Position numbers and translations under genes: made by a program
Notes under the pieces: generated by a model
What the model was told of the DNA's origin: nothing
Database searches by the model: none
The model's input: only the letters and a program-made list of their open reading frames with translations
Part shown: one piece after another, positions 9,733 through 19,623 of the stretch
Layout of the letters: the number at the start of each line of letters is the position of its first letter
Numbering within the stretch: position 1 is the first letter of the stretch
Virus record (IMG/VR): IMGVR_UViG_3300034159_000051
Span: 65,261-129,260 of that record
Source: a virus
Length of the DNA: 64,000 nt
Reading direction: 5' to 3' (one strand)

Positions 9733-10897
9733 GTTCGACACCTGCGCCATCAAGCAATCCTGCAATGGGGTCTATGTCCTCAGTGTCCCGAACGGGGCCA
9801 ACGGCCAGCAATCGGCTGGCGCCATCTACCCGAACAAGGACACCGGGTTCAAGTATCTTTGGGATGAAAACGGCCGGCTGATCCACGAGATCGACCAGTT
9901 TGACAAGATCATCTTGGCCACCGATGGCGACGAAAAGGGGATCCTGCTCCGGCAAGAGCTTTCCATCCGCATCGGACCCGGCCGCTGTTGGTATGTTCTC
10001 TATCCGGAGGGCTACAAAGACCCGAACGACATCCTTCTGAAATGGGGGGAAAGGGGCGTCGCCCGGCTGATCGATATTGCGCGTCCGATCCGGCCGGGCC
10101 ATCTGCTCAAACCGAGCGAGCTTCCAAACACAGGCCCTATCACCACCTATTCGACGGGTTGGGCCGGGCTTGATCCGCTTATGATGGTTACTCGCCCTGA
10201 ACTTATGGTTGTGACCGGCGTTCCAGGCCACGGGAAAACGCTATGGGCTCGCCTGCTCTCGTGCCATTTGGCGCTCGCGCATGGTTGGCGCACGGCCTTC
10301 CTGAACCCAGAAGACCCCCATGAGCGCCTTGTTCGGGACATCAGGAGATTCGCAGACGGGAAACTCGCCGAACTGCAGGAGAAGGGCTGGAAAAGCGCCT
10401 CCGACTGGATCGATCATCATTTTCGCATCTCAAACCCCCCGATCGACGAGCGCATCACGATGCCGTTCGTCTTCAACGAGATGGAGACATCTGCGTTCCA
10501 GCATGATTGTCAGGTGTTCGTCACCGACCCTTGGTCCGCCATTTCTCACAACAGGGGAAACAGGACGGACACCGAATATACAGAGGATATTTTAGAGGAT
10601 ATAAAGGCCAAAGGACGAAGACTTAACCTTCTAAATAATATCATCGCTCATCCAAGGAAAATCGACGAAGGCGTAAAGCCGGATCTCAACACGATCAACG
10701 GCAGCTCCCATTGGAGAAACAAGGTCGACCATGGCGTCTCTGTCTATCGCTCGACGCCTGACGACGATTTTGTCCAGGTTTGTCTCAGGAAGTGCAAGGA
10801 TCACGAAACGATGGGCGTTCCGGGCACGGCCTGGATGACTTACAAACGGGAGACCGGAGACTACACCGTAGACGACATAAACAAGACAGATAAATAA
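9479..10897 (+). CDS. TOPRIM primase-SF4 helicase (T7 gp4/Twinkle-like)
   Basis: ITEGEFD, VLSVPNGA, ATDGDEKG, KDPND; Walker A GVPGHGKT; AHPRK, GSSHWRNKVD. Confidence 0.9.
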   Translation: MQETEAFSQRGLDAEVASDLGATFESGRFVFAYKSHGKPTFRKIRRPGKEFHIEPSGAPLHFWNIDSVRKLGSKPKHPLVITEGEFDTCAIKQSCNGVYVLSVPNGANGQQSAGAIYPNKDTGFKYLWDENGRLIHEIDQFDKIILATDGDEKGILLRQELSIRIGPGRCWYVLYPEGYKDPNDILLKWGERGVARLIDIARPIRPGHLLKPSELPNTGPITTYSTGWAGLDPLMMVTRPELMVVTGVPGHGKTLWARLLSCHLALAHGWRTAFLNPEDPHERLVRDIRRFADGKLAELQEKGWKSASDWIDHHFRISNPPIDERITMPFVFNEMETSAFQHDCQVFVTDPWSAISHNRGNRTDTEYTEDILEDIKAKGRRLNLLNNIIAHPRKIDEGVKPDLNTINGSSHWRNKVDHGVSVYRSTPDDDFVQVCLRKCKDHETMGVPGTAWMTYKRETGDYTVDDINKTDK

Positions 10898-10908
10898 AGG
10901 GATCAGAT

Positions 10909-11259
10909 ATGAAACACCGTAACCACAAAGACCGCTGGCGTCACGATGACGCCGACGAAAACGAAGGCTACGAATCCGGCCCAGATTGGAGAAAGGCGCA
11001 AGCCGACGAGCTGGGCCGGATGAACGGCGCCGCCGGGCACATTGACGCGATCCCCGCGGCGCCCAAGGAAAGGCCCACCTTTACGACGCCGCCCGGGCCA
11101 GCGTTGGACATGATCAACGTCATTGCCGAGGATTTGACCGCAACGCTGCAGCGCTCCGACGCGCTAGAGAGGCGAAGCCAGATCGCCTTGTGGCTGATCT
11201 TCGTCGGCGTAGCCTCGGGCGCTGCGATCGGCTTTTATCTGGGGCTTATCAGCAAATGA
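10909..11259 (+). CDS. hypothetical protein with C-terminal TM helix
   Basis: AGGGATCAG RBS; hydrophobic C-terminus. Confidence 0.6.
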   Translation: MKHRNHKDRWRHDDADENEGYESGPDWRKAQADELGRMNGAAGHIDAIPAAPKERPTFTTPPGPALDMINVIAEDLTATLQRSDALERRSQIALWLIFVGVASGAAIGFYLGLISK

Positions 11260-11852
11260 GCCAAGTTTCCTCTGGTTATGAGCGCAAGGAGCACGACCTC
11301 TACCCGACGCCGGCGTGGGTGACGGAGGTTCTGATTGCGCATATTGAGCGCTCTTGCGAGCTGCGGTATGGCGGCGTTCATGAATGCGCAGCAGGCGAAG
11401 GCATGATGGCCGACGTCCTCGACGCGGTCCCAGGCATGCGACCGACTTATCGGAGCGACATCCGGCATTGCGCGGGCCTTGATTTAGTTGGGGATTTTTT
11501 GACGCTCGATCGCTCCCCGCGGCCGAACATCATCACAAACCCGCCCTTCGGCCAGCGTGGCGCTCTGGCCGAGCAATTCATTGAGCACGCCTTGCGTTTG
11601 ACCGAGGACTCCGTGGGAATGGTCGCTATGCTGCTTCGGGTCGATTTCGATAGCGCCAAGACACGGCGCCACCTTTTCGGAGACAACCCGGCTTGGTCCA
11701 AAAAACTCGTGCTCACCTCGCGCATCAAATGGTTTGACATGCCACCGGAGCCCGGGAAGAAAAAAGCCGGGCCGAGCGAAAATCACGCGTGGTATATCTG
11801 GGATTGGAAGCACGAGGGGCCGGCTACGATCGCCTATGGGGGTCGCTCATGA
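11256..11852 (+). CDS. DNA amino-methyltransferase (NPPF)
   Basis: DLYPTP, ECAAGEG (motif I), IITNPPF (motif IV). Confidence 0.85.
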   Translation: MSQVSSGYERKEHDLYPTPAWVTEVLIAHIERSCELRYGGVHECAAGEGMMADVLDAVPGMRPTYRSDIRHCAGLDLVGDFLTLDRSPRPNIITNPPFGQRGALAEQFIEHALRLTEDSVGMVAMLLRVDFDSAKTRRHLFGDNPAWSKKLVLTSRIKWFDMPPEPGKKKAGPSENHAWYIWDWKHEGPATIAYGGRS

Positions 11853-12058
11853 GCGACAATCCAAAATTCGAGACGTGGTGCTGCTTGGCCAAAAGCGCGA
11901 TCACGATGGACGGCAAACCGCTCCCGTTGGTGACGGAGCTGCTCTACAAGGTCTGCAACGACGACCCAAAAAAGTTCGATCGCGCTCTGGCTATGCTTCG
12001 CGCGGCGTTTGAGGCCGGGGAAAAAGCGGCCGCACCGGTCAAGGAAGGCCAGTCATGA
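11849..12058 (+). CDS. hypothetical protein
   Basis: ATGA-coupled to both neighbours. Confidence 0.5.
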   Translation: MSDNPKFETWCCLAKSAITMDGKPLPLVTELLYKVCNDDPKKFDRALAMLRAAFEAGEKAAAPVKEGQS

Positions 12059-12618
12059 GCGAAGGAATCGAAGCGGCTGTCATCCAGGAAGAACTCGCGA
12101 AAAAAATCGGGCGGCTCTGGATGCAAGTGAAGCCGTCGCCAGACGCGCAAAAGATCAGGGCGCGGCTCTCTACGGCCTTCGATGGCGAAGAGTCAAAGGA
12201 CGGATGGCTCGGAGACAACCTTCCGGATCATGTATGGAGCCTTGTCGATATCGCAGTTCAGGCTGGAATCGGCCACGCTAACGCGGAGGCTCCGTGGCTC
12301 GCATGCGAGAAATGCGGTGAGGAGCACGAGCCGAACATCGCGGAGATTTTTAAAACGCACGTTTCCCGAATCTACGAACAGGCGGCGGAGGCCGAACGCA
12401 GGGCTTCTGCGGCCGAGTGCAGAATCGCAGAGCTGGAGGCGGCCGGGAGGGCTCTTTACGATCACGCCGTCGATGTCCGCATCCACCAGGACGGATTTTA
12501 CTATGCGTGGTGGAATAAGTTTTCGCCAGACAGCCGGGAAAGGCTGAAAACCCTTCGGATCGGGCTTATGGCTGCGTGCGCAAAATGGCGCGCCGCCATG
12601 AAAGGCAGGAAAGCATGA
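12055..12618 (+). CDS. hypothetical protein
   Basis: 187-aa ORF, ATGA-coupled, CEKC motif. Confidence 0.55.
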   Translation: MSEGIEAAVIQEELAKKIGRLWMQVKPSPDAQKIRARLSTAFDGEESKDGWLGDNLPDHVWSLVDIAVQAGIGHANAEAPWLACEKCGEEHEPNIAEIFKTHVSRIYEQAAEAERRASAAECRIAELEAAGRALYDHAVDVRIHQDGFYYAWWNKFSPDSRERLKTLRIGLMAACAKWRAAMKGRKA

Positions 12619-13127
12619 CGGTTTTCAGCGGACGAACCCTCCGAAAGGCCGGTATTTTCGAACCATTCTCAGAGCGAAGGCTGGACAGAGCGTCGGGCAT
12701 GACCGCCGGCCTGTCGCTATGCGGGTACGATATCTGCATAGACGGAGACACGACGGTTTATCCTGGATTCACAGTCCTTGCGGGATCGCGCGAGCGCTTC
12801 GCCATCCCGAAACAGGCGATGATCGTCATTTGCGACAAGAGCACCTTGGTAAGAGAGGGCATTTTCGTCAAAAACACGGTGGCGGAGCCTGGGTGGTCCG
12901 GTTGGTTGACGCTGGAGCTTTCCTACGCTCCGCTCATCCATCCCAATGATGGATTCTTTAGGGTTCTCGGTAAGCGTCTCCTTTTGGCGACCGGTTTTTA
13001 TCCGCCGTACATCTTGAAGGCGGGAACGCCGATCGCCCAGGTGATCGCTCACGAAATCGACCTTCCGACGGAAGGCTATTGCGGCAAATACCAGGACCAA
13101 AAGCGCGGCCCGCAGCCGGCGCGCTAG
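12615..13127 (+). CDS. dcd: dCTP deaminase / trimeric dUTPase family
   Basis: GLSLCGYDI, DKSTLVREG, AEPGWSGWLTLEL, PIAQV, YxGKYQDQ. Confidence 0.85.
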   Translation: MTVFSGRTLRKAGIFEPFSERRLDRASGMTAGLSLCGYDICIDGDTTVYPGFTVLAGSRERFAIPKQAMIVICDKSTLVREGIFVKNTVAEPGWSGWLTLELSYAPLIHPNDGFFRVLGKRLLLATGFYPPYILKAGTPIAQVIAHEIDLPTEGYCGKYQDQKRGPQPAR

Positions 13128-13194
13128 ACCGCGGCTGTTTGCCTTTCCTCGGAAAATCGTCTATATTCAAACCCATAAACAAGGGATCAGAACA

Positions 13195-13893
13195 TTGAGC
13201 CAGCATGAATCTCTCACCTTGCTCGATCATGTTGTCGAGCACGAGCGCCTTCAGGCCATCATCAACGACCTCAAGGCCGATCAGAAATCCGTCATCAAGG
13301 CGGCCCGCGCGCAGGGCTTTGATTCAAAAGGGTTTCGCGAGGTCATCAAATACTATCGCATGAGCGAAAGCGAGCGCGAGGAGTTTGAGGCCATTCGCGA
13401 GCTTATGATGCGCGAAATGGGCTGGCTGGCGGACACGCCACTCGGCTCCGCCGCTATCCGCCGCTTTGAGAACGCCTACCTTCCAAAATCGCCTGAGAAC
13501 GGCGCCAACGGCCATTCTGGGCCGCAGGAAGGCGGAGAAGCCCCAGAAGGCTCCGACGCCGCCCCGAAGCGTCCGGGCCGCGCACCGGCCGTCCCAAGGC
13601 CACCAGAAAAGACTCAAGAGGAAAAGGAGGCTGAACTTAAGGAAGAGTTCAGATTAGCTCTTGAGGCCGGGACTGAAGCCGGAAAGCAGTGGGTCGAAAA
13701 CGGGCAAGACCCAAAATATGGCTTTTTAAGCAACCCGTATCTTGGGTTTAACCCGTGTCGCCTTGAATGGGCCAAGGGTTGGCGCTCCGCAACGGGAAGC
13801 GATGGCATGGAGTTGCCGCCACACCTCAAAAGTAAAAAGAAACCCAAAAAGAAGAAGGACGACGACAAAAAAGACGGGAAGGATGGGGAATAA
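13195..13893 (+). CDS. GapR (DUF2312) domain protein with C-terminal extension
   Basis: ERL...DQKSVIKAARAQGFDSKGFREVIK...EREEFEAI...MG; TTG start after AGGGATCAG. Confidence 0.75.
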   Translation: MSQHESLTLLDHVVEHERLQAIINDLKADQKSVIKAARAQGFDSKGFREVIKYYRMSESEREEFEAIRELMMREMGWLADTPLGSAAIRRFENAYLPKSPENGANGHSGPQEGGEAPEGSDAAPKRPGRAPAVPRPPEKTQEEKEAELKEEFRLALEAGTEAGKQWVENGQDPKYGFLSNPYLGFNPCRLEWAKGWRSATGSDGMELPPHLKSKKKPKKKKDDDKKDGKDGE

Positions 13894-14150
13894 TGAAAGA
13901 TTTGACCCCCCTTTACAGGGACATCGAAAAGCTATTGCGTGAGATCGTCACCCAGCACGGCAAAGCTCTTATCGAGACGCAAAGCGAGTACGGCGCCGGC
14001 GCAATCTCCATCAACGTCACAGCGAAAGTTGGAATCGGCGGGAAAAACCATGAATTCTCACTCACGCTGGATGTGGACCGGGACGACAAAGACGAAACCG
14101 ACGACGATGACGACGAAGAGGAGTGCTCCGGAGAATGGAAAATCCAGTAA
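13893..14150 (+). CDS. hypothetical protein, acidic tail
   Basis: TAATG coupling to the upstream gene. Confidence 0.5.
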   Translation: MKDLTPLYRDIEKLLREIVTQHGKALIETQSEYGAGAISINVTAKVGIGGKNHEFSLTLDVDRDDKDETDDDDDEEECSGEWKIQ

Positions 14151-14362
14151 AAATTGTGTCTCGCCCGACCCTCGAAATCAAGGTCACGCGCGGGGATACC
14201 CTGGAAACAAACAGCGACGTCCAGGTGTGGGTGAACGATTTTCTTTTTGTCTCAATCCATTATGATTGGCGCTTCACCTCAAACGCTCATCAATGGGATC
14301 TGGGAGAGCAAATCGCTGGTGCTCTAAGGAAGGCCGTCAAAGAGCACCCTGGGGTATCGTAG
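14135..14362 (+). CDS. hypothetical protein
   Basis: GGAG RBS before ATG 14135. Confidence 0.5.
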   Translation: MENPVKIVSRPTLEIKVTRGDTLETNSDVQVWVNDFLFVSIHYDWRFTSNAHQWDLGEQIAGALRKAVKEHPGVS

Positions 14363-14410
14363 CCGTCCGGTTTTTGTGGTATCGTGGCTGGATTAAAAGA
14401 AAGGGATCAG

Positions 14411-14731
14411 ATGACAAAAGAAAAACCAGTGAAGCCGCCGCGCGGCGTTGTCGCCATCATCGCCGGTCCGGATGGCCACGTTTGGGCGACCGCCAATGAT
14501 TTCAACGATTACAGCCGAGACCGAGATAGCGAACAGCTCTGGGCGCAAACAATAAAAGTGAAGGAATTTGTCGCCTTCGAGCTTTTTAATCGGTCATGTA
14601 ACCAGAATATCATCGGCGTAATTGAAGCGCACGAGCGCGAGGCCTTTATGCAGAGGCTCATTAGCAAAAGAGGCTTTCGCCTCACCATTCAAGCAATCGG
14701 CTACGAGGGATCAGATGACAAGCAATTATAG
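14411..14731 (+). CDS. hypothetical protein
   Basis: AGGGATCAG immediately before ATG 14411. Confidence 0.6.
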   Translation: MTKEKPVKPPRGVVAIIAGPDGHVWATANDFNDYSRDRDSEQLWAQTIKVKEFVAFELFNRSCNQNIIGVIEAHEREAFMQRLISKRGFRLTIQAIGYEGSDDKQL

Positions 14732-15710
14732 GCGACCTAGCGATCTTCCGGGGCGCTACGCCCCAAGAGGCGGCGCCGCCGACGACAAAAAGACGGCGAT
14801 GCAGCGCCAAGAAGAAAGAATCAAAGAGATCCTGGGGCCTTGGTGCACCGTCAAAGACAAGAATCCGCCGCATCCTATTTTCCCGCGCCATGTCCGTGAT
14901 TCTCTTCAGAAATGGATGATCGAACTCACGCCCGAGGCGGCGGCCGGACTAAAAGCGCTCAAAACTGAGCCCAGGCGGTCCGCCCTGCTTCACGGGAAAC
15001 CGGGAACAGGAAAAACCTCTTATACGCACACATTCGCGGCGCATATGGGGCTTCCCCTGGCGATCGTCGATTCCAACCGCGTCATTGAAAAATGGGTAGG
15101 AGAGTCGGCGGCGAACTGCGGGCGTCTCCTCAAGGCGATGGATAGCGTCTACGATCAATGCCTCATTTTCTTCGATGAGATCGACGCCCTGGCGACGGCG
15201 CGAACCGGCGAGGGCGGGGCATCCAGAGAGCGCGAGCAGGCCATGAACGTTCTCATGACCGGTCTGGAGGATTACAAGGGCATCTGGGTCGCAGCCACCA
15301 ACCTTGAGTCGAACCTGGACGGCGCATTCTGGCGGCGTTTCAATTTGCAGGTCCATATTCCGATGCCAGGGCCTGCGGAGCGCTTTGCAATCATCCGAAT
15401 GTACGCGGAGCCGCTTTATCCAAGCGATGACGCCACCCAGCTTTTGGTCGACGCCACCGCAAACGCATCGCCGGCGCTCATCAAGGATTTGATCCAAGGC
15501 GTGAAACGAAACATCGTTTTGTGGCCGATGATCTACCCAGGCCGCGAGTTGATCCCATCTGATCTATTTAGGGATGTCATCACCTCCCTCTCTCCGCCTC
15601 CAAAACAAGAAAAGCCGCCGCTATGGCTTACGGAGAGCGCCGTTGACGATCTCGATAGAATGGACTGGCCCTGGCGGGATACGCCGCCCGAAGGAGAAGA
15701 CGAGGAATGA
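14715..15710 (+). CDS. AAA+ ATPase
   Basis: Walker A GKPGTGKT, KWVGES pore loop, Walker B IFFDEID, AATN...LDGAFWRRF. Confidence 0.9.
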   Translation: MTSNYRRPSDLPGRYAPRGGAADDKKTAMQRQEERIKEILGPWCTVKDKNPPHPIFPRHVRDSLQKWMIELTPEAAAGLKALKTEPRRSALLHGKPGTGKTSYTHTFAAHMGLPLAIVDSNRVIEKWVGESAANCGRLLKAMDSVYDQCLIFFDEIDALATARTGEGGASREREQAMNVLMTGLEDYKGIWVAATNLESNLDGAFWRRFNLQVHIPMPGPAERFAIIRMYAEPLYPSDDATQLLVDATANASPALIKDLIQGVKRNIVLWPMIYPGRELIPSDLFRDVITSLSPPPKQEKPPLWLTESAVDDLDRMDWPWRDTPPEGEDEE

Positions 15711-16102
15711 CAACCCCATCCAGAACGCCGCGAGATGTTATGAAGGCGCCTGGGAGTGTCCGGGCCGCTCTAGAGCGCAAAACGGCTGCGCCTCCAGAAA
15801 ATCCCGCATTCGAGCCGTACCAAAGGCCGGGCGGCTTCAAGGGCGGCCCCAAAAAAAGCAGGCACTTTGACGAGCCGGATTATATCCGGCCGTTCATCCT
15901 CGCGACCCAAGACGGCAAGCCCAGCGCCGATCGTGGCGTAGGGATCGCGCGCGATTGCGTCGGCGGCGTGTGCGCCGGTGCGCAACCGAATGTCACAATC
16001 CTTTATCCGAGAGGAGGGAAGGGAGTCCCGGTCGTCGGGGACTGGAGAGACATATATAGATGGTGGATCAAAGGCTATCCGAAATGCAAGCTCCCGGTTT
16101 AG
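15707..16102 (+). CDS. hypothetical protein
   Basis: ATGA-coupled to the AAA gene. Confidence 0.5.
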   Translation: MTTPSRTPRDVMKAPGSVRAALERKTAAPPENPAFEPYQRPGGFKGGPKKSRHFDEPDYIRPFILATQDGKPSADRGVGIARDCVGGVCAGAQPNVTILYPRGGKGVPVVGDWRDIYRWWIKGYPKCKLPV

Positions 16103-16110
16103 CCGCTGGC

Positions 16111-16139
16111 TTGCGTAGCGATTAAGCGGAGGTTATAGT
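16111..16139 (+). promoter_or_regulatory. sigma70-type promoter for the ORF-Tas-array operon
   Basis: TTGCGT-17 nt-TATAGT. Confidence 0.55.
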
Positions 16140-16291
16140 CTTTGAAAGAGGGTCGGCCCAGAGAACATATCCATTCATAGGCCGTATTGCGGTTGCCGAC
16201 TTTCTTTCAAAGCCGCGCCGGGGCCAAGCGCTGCCTGTAACCCGATACCGGTTTTCTCTGGCGCGGCTTTGAACAAACGAAAGGGATCAGA

Positions 16292-17086
16292 ATGGAACAC
16301 AACAAAGCAACGGAGACGCCAAGGTTCGCTACGCCTCCGGTGTTTGCCGTCTCTCAATTCGAAAAACAGCGCATGCTCATCCTCCATGCATGGTATTCCG
16401 ATTTTATCGCTGAGGGCGGCAAGCCGGTTGAATTTATGCGCGAGGTTATCGTGCGTATCCACCGCGTTCAGACCGTTTTTGACGGCAAGCTGTCCGTCAA
16501 CGCGTTGTTCGAACCCATCCCGCCCCGGGCGGATGATAACCCCTTCGATTCCTCTTCGGCTGGCCCGGTTTCTGGCGCCGACGGCCACACCACCAACGCC
16601 AGCCGATCCCCCAATGAGCAGGGCCGAAAGGATGGCGCCGAAAGGCTGGTCGCTGATCGCCCTGCTCAGCATGAAAGCGCCTCCGGCCAGGAAGCAGACG
16701 CTCAAGGTCGCGAGCCGAGCGCCGGAAGCGCTCCCCAAGACGGCGGGCGAGGTCATAATGACCTTGCCGGCAACGGCCGCCACGTTAGCGCCTCGCCCGT
16801 CCGTCGAAACACCGGTCCCAATGAGCTGCAGCGGGAAATCGCCCGAGAAGTCGCCCAATCGGCCGCCAAGACGATCCTGGAAACATTCCGGTTCGCGAAC
16901 GGGTCCGCCCTCGGCGAGGTTTATCTTAACGACCTCGAAAACTACGAGATGAAAAGCTCCGTTGACGCCTTTGTCGCCCGGCAAATCCGGCTCGCGTTCA
17001 AAGGCCACCCAAATTGCCGGGTCAAGGAGCTGCCTCTTGGGACCATTGAGGCGATCGTCAGCCGAGCCAACAAAGAGGCCGAGTGA
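16292..17086 (+). CDS. hypothetical protein co-transcribed with the Tas-like gene
   Basis: AGGGATCAG RBS; stop overlaps the Tas start (GTGATG). Confidence 0.65.
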   Translation: MEHNKATETPRFATPPVFAVSQFEKQRMLILHAWYSDFIAEGGKPVEFMREVIVRIHRVQTVFDGKLSVNALFEPIPPRADDNPFDSSSAGPVSGADGHTTNASRSPNEQGRKDGAERLVADRPAQHESASGQEADAQGREPSAGSAPQDGGRGHNDLAGNGRHVSASPVRRNTGPNELQREIAREVAQSAAKTILETFRFANGSALGEVYLNDLENYEMKSSVDAFVARQIRLAFKGHPNCRVKELPLGTIEAIVSRANKEAE

Positions 17087-17949
17087 TGGGCGAGGATATC
17101 GAAAGGCTCGTCGAGCAGATCCGCTATTGGCACCGGCAGCGCTGTTTCGCGATGGAACAGCGCAAGCGATCGGTTTTGGCCACGGCGGCTTTTTTGCGCA
17201 TCGACCTCGGCTGGAACCCGGACCTTCCTAAAAAAGAGCGCGACGTCATCTCCGCCAAGGCGCTCGACATGCTTAAGCCGGGCGGCGTCGCCCCAGAACA
17301 TCCTATGTTCGAAATGATCATGGCCTCCCATGCCGCGCGGGCGCCGTTTCTCGGCGTAGAGACAAAGGCGACGAAACAAATGGAAGCGCTCGCCAAGACG
17401 TTGCCGGTCTGGAACGCATGGGCGCGCGACGTCCGGGCGTTCGGCCCGCGATCGCTTGCCGTCATTGTCGGAGAGGCTGGAGACATTGGCTCCTACAGCA
17501 CGCATTCGAAGCTTTGGAAACGCATGGGCCTCGCCGTCATCAACGGCGTGCGGCAGGGCGGCCTGAAAAAGACGGCCAAAGCCTCGGAATGGATCGAGCA
17601 CGGCTACAACGCCAAGCGCCGCGCATCGTCCTTTGTGATCGGAGATTGCCTTGTGAAGCAGGGCGCGGAGTTCCGCGAAGTCTATCTCGCCAGGAAGGAA
17701 TATGAGCGCGCCAAGGCCATCGAGCGCGGTCTGATCGTTGCGCCGGCCGCCAAGATCCCAAAAGGCCAGGAGGAGCATTACATCTCCGACGGCCACATCC
17801 ATAAGCGCAGCCAGCGCTACATGGAAAAGAAGCTCCTGCGCCGGTTATGGCAGGAATGGCGGAAGATCGGCAGGGAGGACATGACCCAACCTGGAGACGC
17901 CGACATCCCGCCGCTCGCTATGGAGCGCGTTAACGAGATCGCCGCATGA
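17083..17949 (+). CDS. TasA-like Nop-domain (IS110 C-terminal-like) RNA-binding protein, no RuvC/HNH
   Basis: Helical N-terminus (RYWHRQR...RKR), then VRAFGPRSLAVIVGEAGDIGSYSTHSKLWKRMGLA (IS110/IS116 C-terminal/Nop signature) and HIHKRSQRYMEKKLLRRLW; no DEDD domain; array starts 7 nt after the stop. Confidence 0.8.
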   Translation: MMGEDIERLVEQIRYWHRQRCFAMEQRKRSVLATAAFLRIDLGWNPDLPKKERDVISAKALDMLKPGGVAPEHPMFEMIMASHAARAPFLGVETKATKQMEALAKTLPVWNAWARDVRAFGPRSLAVIVGEAGDIGSYSTHSKLWKRMGLAVINGVRQGGLKKTAKASEWIEHGYNAKRRASSFVIGDCLVKQGAEFREVYLARKEYERAKAIERGLIVAPAAKIPKGQEEHYISDGHIHKRSQRYMEKKLLRRLWQEWRKIGREDMTQPGDADIPPLAMERVNEIAA

Positions 17950-18868
17950 GCGGCGCGCGGGAGGCCAGTTCAGCTACGCCGAGCGGCCGCTTGGTTATCG
18001 CCTCCCGCGACTCGGTTAAGCAGGGCCAGCGTACTGACGCCGAGAGGCTGGTTATGGATCGCCCTGCTTTCGAATCAGGAGAGGCCATTGGCTAAGAGCC
18101 GCAAGGACATACTGCATCCGCCTCTCCTTTCCTTTTTCTCGGGTCACAGCAAACGAGCCGATAGGCCACGTCAACCTTTCCCGAGAATCCGGTTAAGCAG
18201 GGCCTTGCCAATAGATCCGAAAGGCCATGGTCCGGACGCCCTGCTTTCCCTTTTGCGAGGCCCAACACCAGCCGCCGAAAGGCCATCCTTTCTGCGCCTC
18301 GCAATCCCTTTTCCTTGGGCCAATACGTTCGCGCGAAAGCCAAGCTCGCATCGCCCAAGGTTCCCACTTTGCGAGGCCAAACTCGCGCTGCCGAAAGGCC
18401 ATGGTTTCAGCACCTCGCAATCCCCTATGGGCGGGTCCAAGTCTCGTCGCCGCAAGGCCGAGGACCGAATTCCCGCCCAACCCAACGACGGAAGGCCAGC
18501 GATCGCGCTCCATCGAAGGTCATCGAATTGGCGCCTTCCGTCCCCCTCATTCAAAGTTTGCCGGGCCATTCATGAATTGCCGCACAGCCAAAGAGCTAAC
18601 GCCCGGCGCCTTCTTTGTAGGGCCAGAACTATCGCGCCGGAAGGCCGCGTCGACTCTGCCCTGCAAAACTATTTCGCGAGGCCAGCTAGCGATTGGCGAA
18701 AGCCCAAACCAAAAACGCCTCGCGATCCTCAACGACGGAAGGCCATATTACGCGCGCGCTACAGCGCCATGGACTTTTCGCCTTCCGTCTTTCTATTCAG
18801 AGTTTGCCAGGACAGCCTTCTAATGCCTAACGGCCACCCCTGCTTTTCCTGGCGCTCTTCACAAGAGT

Positions 18869-18945
18869 GGTCCCGTAGCTCAACTGGACAGAGCGCCAGC
18901 CTTCTAAGCTGGGTGTTGGGGGTTCAAGTCCCTCCGGGATCGCCA
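18869..18945 (+). tRNA. tRNA-Arg(TCT), embedded in the array
   Basis: GGTCCCG acceptor, CCAGC-CTTCTAA-GCTGG anticodon arm, GGTTCAAGTCC T-loop, encoded CCA. Confidence 0.95.
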
Positions 18946-19323
18946 ACCCTTTGCCGGGCCGGATTACTATCGCCGCAAGGCTATCCACGAAGCGCCCGGC
19001 GATCCCTTTGCGAGACCTCCATACGGATGCCGAAAGGCCAAAAATGGGACGTCTCGCATCCCTACAGCCCGGCCACCTCCTGCGCGCCGAGAGGTCAGTC
19101 AAACCACGCCGGGCTACTTCTTGCAGGGCCAAATCAGATGCGTCGAGAGTCCATTTTTCCGGCCGCCCTGCATCCTATCCGCTTCGGCGGGCGCGCGGCC
19201 GCGGATGGAAAGTCGAAAGGCCGCCCTTGTCTTGCCGCGCGCAACCCTTTGCCGGGCCACTGCCTAAGCGCCGAAAGGTCAGGTTATCACTGCCCGGCGA
19301 TTCATTTACAAGGATGCGATTTC

Positions 19324-19623
19324 TTGAACGACTTTCCGAAAGCTCTCAATGAATGGCAATCCAAGCTCTACGATCTCGGATACCCGGGGCCTTATGAAGC
19401 GGGATCGATGATGATTGCCGCTACGCGAAAAAGAAGAATCGATAATTTTAGCCTTGTTAGATATTCCCCCAGGGACTGGCATGCCGAAGTAACATTCAAG
19501 CCCGACCAAAGGCCGGCAACTGTTGATCACCCTTATGGCTCCCTTGAGGGAAAGGGCAAGACCCCAGAAGAAGCCGTCGCAAATCTCATGATTGCGCATC
19601 CTGAACTTTGGCGGGTAGCATAA
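19324..19623 (+). CDS. small hypothetical protein inserted within the array
   Basis: Non-repeat ~330-nt gap between units 21 and 22; AAGGA then in-frame TTG; ends GKGKTPEEAVANL. Confidence 0.55.
   Translation: MNDFPKALNEWQSKLYDLGYPGPYEAGSMMIAATRKRRIDNFSLVRYSPRDWHAEVTFKPDQRPATVDHPYGSLEGKGKTPEEAVANLMIAHPELWRVA

Noticed and set aside
17083-17949. Active IS110 transposase
   Set aside because: Lacks the N-terminal DEDD RuvC domain and the catalytic serine; operonic, with no IS ends evident.
18088-19623. 511-aa ORF across the array
   Set aside because: Runs through structured units and a tRNA, with R/P/S-rich shadow composition; only the last ~99 codons look coding.
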